DNA of 64,000 nucleotides from contig NC_042999.1 in the NCBI RefSeq assembly GCF_006345805.1, positions 110,422,001-110,486,000 on the forward strand, given 5' to 3'. Both the position numbers and the translations under genes were made by a program. Numbering within the stretch: position 1 is the stretch's first letter; every line of letters starts with the position of its first letter. This document shows, in pieces, positions 62,111-64,000 of this stretch. The notes under the pieces were generated by a model that saw only the letters and a program-made list of their open reading frames with translations, was not told the DNA's origin and made no database searches. Source of the stretch: Octopus sinensis. Taxonomy: Eukaryota.

Positions 62111-63817
62111 ATTCCAGTTTTAGAAATAGAAGCCAAATTACACACATATCGTTTCAGGAAAGTTCAAATTAAATAATGTGTTCATGAATTCCTTTTGCTC
62201 AAGATAAAGATGAGATGGTCATGACTGGAATACCTTTGATCAAAGCGCTGTACAGCTAGGGTCTACCTAGGACTAAGCAACAACAACAATGCTAACATCT
62301 TATAACTTCCTTTCTTACCAAACAAATATCTACACACAGACACACATGTGCATGCACACACATAGAGAAGCATAGCGAAGTTTAAAAAATAAATGTAAAC
62401 TGTAGAAAGATAATTGCATATTTATATGTAGCAGGAAGAGTCAATATCCTAGATTGGTTATAACAATCTGCTATGGCTAGTAAAGAAAAACAAAACAAAA
62501 TAAGAAAAACACACAAGCTGAAAGACAATACAACAAGAGGAACTACACTAATAACATTACCAATAATATTAATAGTAATATTAATGATGAAAGAATAAAA
62601 ACAAAACCAGAAAAAGTAGATCCAACTGGTCGTGACATTAATTGCTTTATTATTGATTTTCCAGAAAATTCCAATTAGATGACCACTGAGTGGGAAGAAC
62701 CATCTGTGATAAAAGAAAGATTGTAAAATCTCATCAGACTGGCTTTAGTCTTAGATAATGAGGTTAAGTCAAGCATTGATCTCTTTCTTCATATCTCTTT
62801 TTCTCCCTTTCTTAGTATCCCTCCTTCATGTCACCCCCTCTCTCTCTCATCTTCCTGTCCATTCTCTTATTCTCTCCCTTTTATGTGGTTTTCTTTTCCC
62901 TCTCCCTCCTTTGCTTGGTTTTGAGCAAGACTTTCATCCACTGTGTATGCCCTTGTTAAATACTCAAAACAAACTTTGAAAATTAATCTTCAGCATACAA
63001 AAGACAAGCAACAGAAGAGAAATCATTGTGAGTAGGTTACTTTTTCTACAGAATCTATCTAAATATACAGACAGAAGGGTTAACATTCACATTTCTTACC
63101 ATGCACTATTAGCAGTTACTCAAGATATTTCTTGAGTATTACTTAGACAACCTCAAAAAACATTCTGGGTTACCATTGTTTGTATTTCATATCTGAGCAA
63201 TGAATACAGTCCTGGATGTGTCCTGTTGATGGCTCATGCTGGTCAGCCACATGCTTCATGGTCATTTTGGATGAGGAAGTAGTTCATGGAAATGCGAACT
63301 GATTGGAACACTGCTTGGAGGTTTGCCCATATATTGACAAAGAATACATGCAGTGGTGTTCTGCAATGGCACATACCCCCGTATCTGACCTGACTTATAC
63401 AGCAAGAGAAGGACAGTTCCCATAATTCATTATATTTTCATAATCTATGAGAATTGGTGTGACGAAAAAAAACAAAAAAGCACAAGACATCCTCAAATTG
63501 GAAACCTAGTTCAAATGCACATAACAGTAAAGGCATCTAATGAACAAGTGTTGGTATTAAACACGTGAAAGGTTAAGTCTGTCCTGCAAGGTCTGCAAGA
63601 GGAGGGCTGAGGCTGATCTAGGGTGTCACATCAATATTAAAATAATCAGCAATAACAACCAAAGGGTAAGAACAACCATGGTAATAAAATTCAATAAAAT
63701 ATTTATAAAACAAAATGTTTGCTTTTTTTTAAGATCATACAAGATGTTCTATTATATTTTAAAATTCTTTTTGATAGCTTATCTGAGAATGAAAATCAGT
63801 GTCCATAATTCTTACAG

Positions 63818-64000
63818 TTACAGTATTACCACAGCCTCCATCACTACAGCTTCCACCACCAAGCCTCTTCTACCATAGCCTCCAGTACTATAACCTCCAG
63901 TCCACAGCTTCCATCACAACAGCCAGCCATTCAAGAATTTGGACCTGGAGATCTCCATTTCCAGCGACTTCAAGGGCCACCTCCCGGTGGTGTCAGGCGT
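63818..64000 (+). CDS. Candidate exon running off the window edge (LQYYHSLHHYSFHHQASSTIASSTITSSPQLPSQQPAIQEFGPGDLHFQRLQGPPPGGVRR)
   Basis: Acceptor ATAATTCTTACAG at 63817, 61 open codons to the edge, GC-richer than its flanks. A second frame is also open, so the frame is uncertain. Confidence 0.3.

Overview
AT-rich animal genomic DNA, most likely Octopus (coleoid cephalopod), judged from the extreme microsatellite load and the recurrent SINE/RTE families. No protein-coding gene can be named. Almost every ORF in the supplied track is a microsatellite or SINE artefact. The window looks intronic or intergenic. It holds about 20 copies or fragments each of two tRNA-derived SINE families (here A and B), about 20 RTE-LINE 3' ends with (GAT)n tails, and further SINE families. 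It also holds decayed coding relics of RTE, R4/Dong, Penelope, mariner, maT (DD37D) and hAT elements, a young non-autonomous Helitron, two Helentron/HINE-like elements and several MITEs. Five points are of most interest. (1) A set of Penelope-type minimal hammerhead ribozyme motifs: one has an intact catalytic core (27726-27772) and one lies directly behind a tRNA-like Pol III head (29833-30070). (2) Repeated insertion of SINE B at one duplicated target site or into its own head (three arrays). (3) Long, near-perfect fold-back palindromes (34104-34466, 25041-25186). (4) A variable-number ~60-bp monomer array in RTE 3' UTRs that mimics a CRISPR. (5) Weak, unconfirmed exon candidates, mostly on the minus strand, including a 480-nt splice-bounded segment interrupted only by TGA codons. 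Everything was read by eye: identities are hand estimates and family names need a Dfam/Repbase check.
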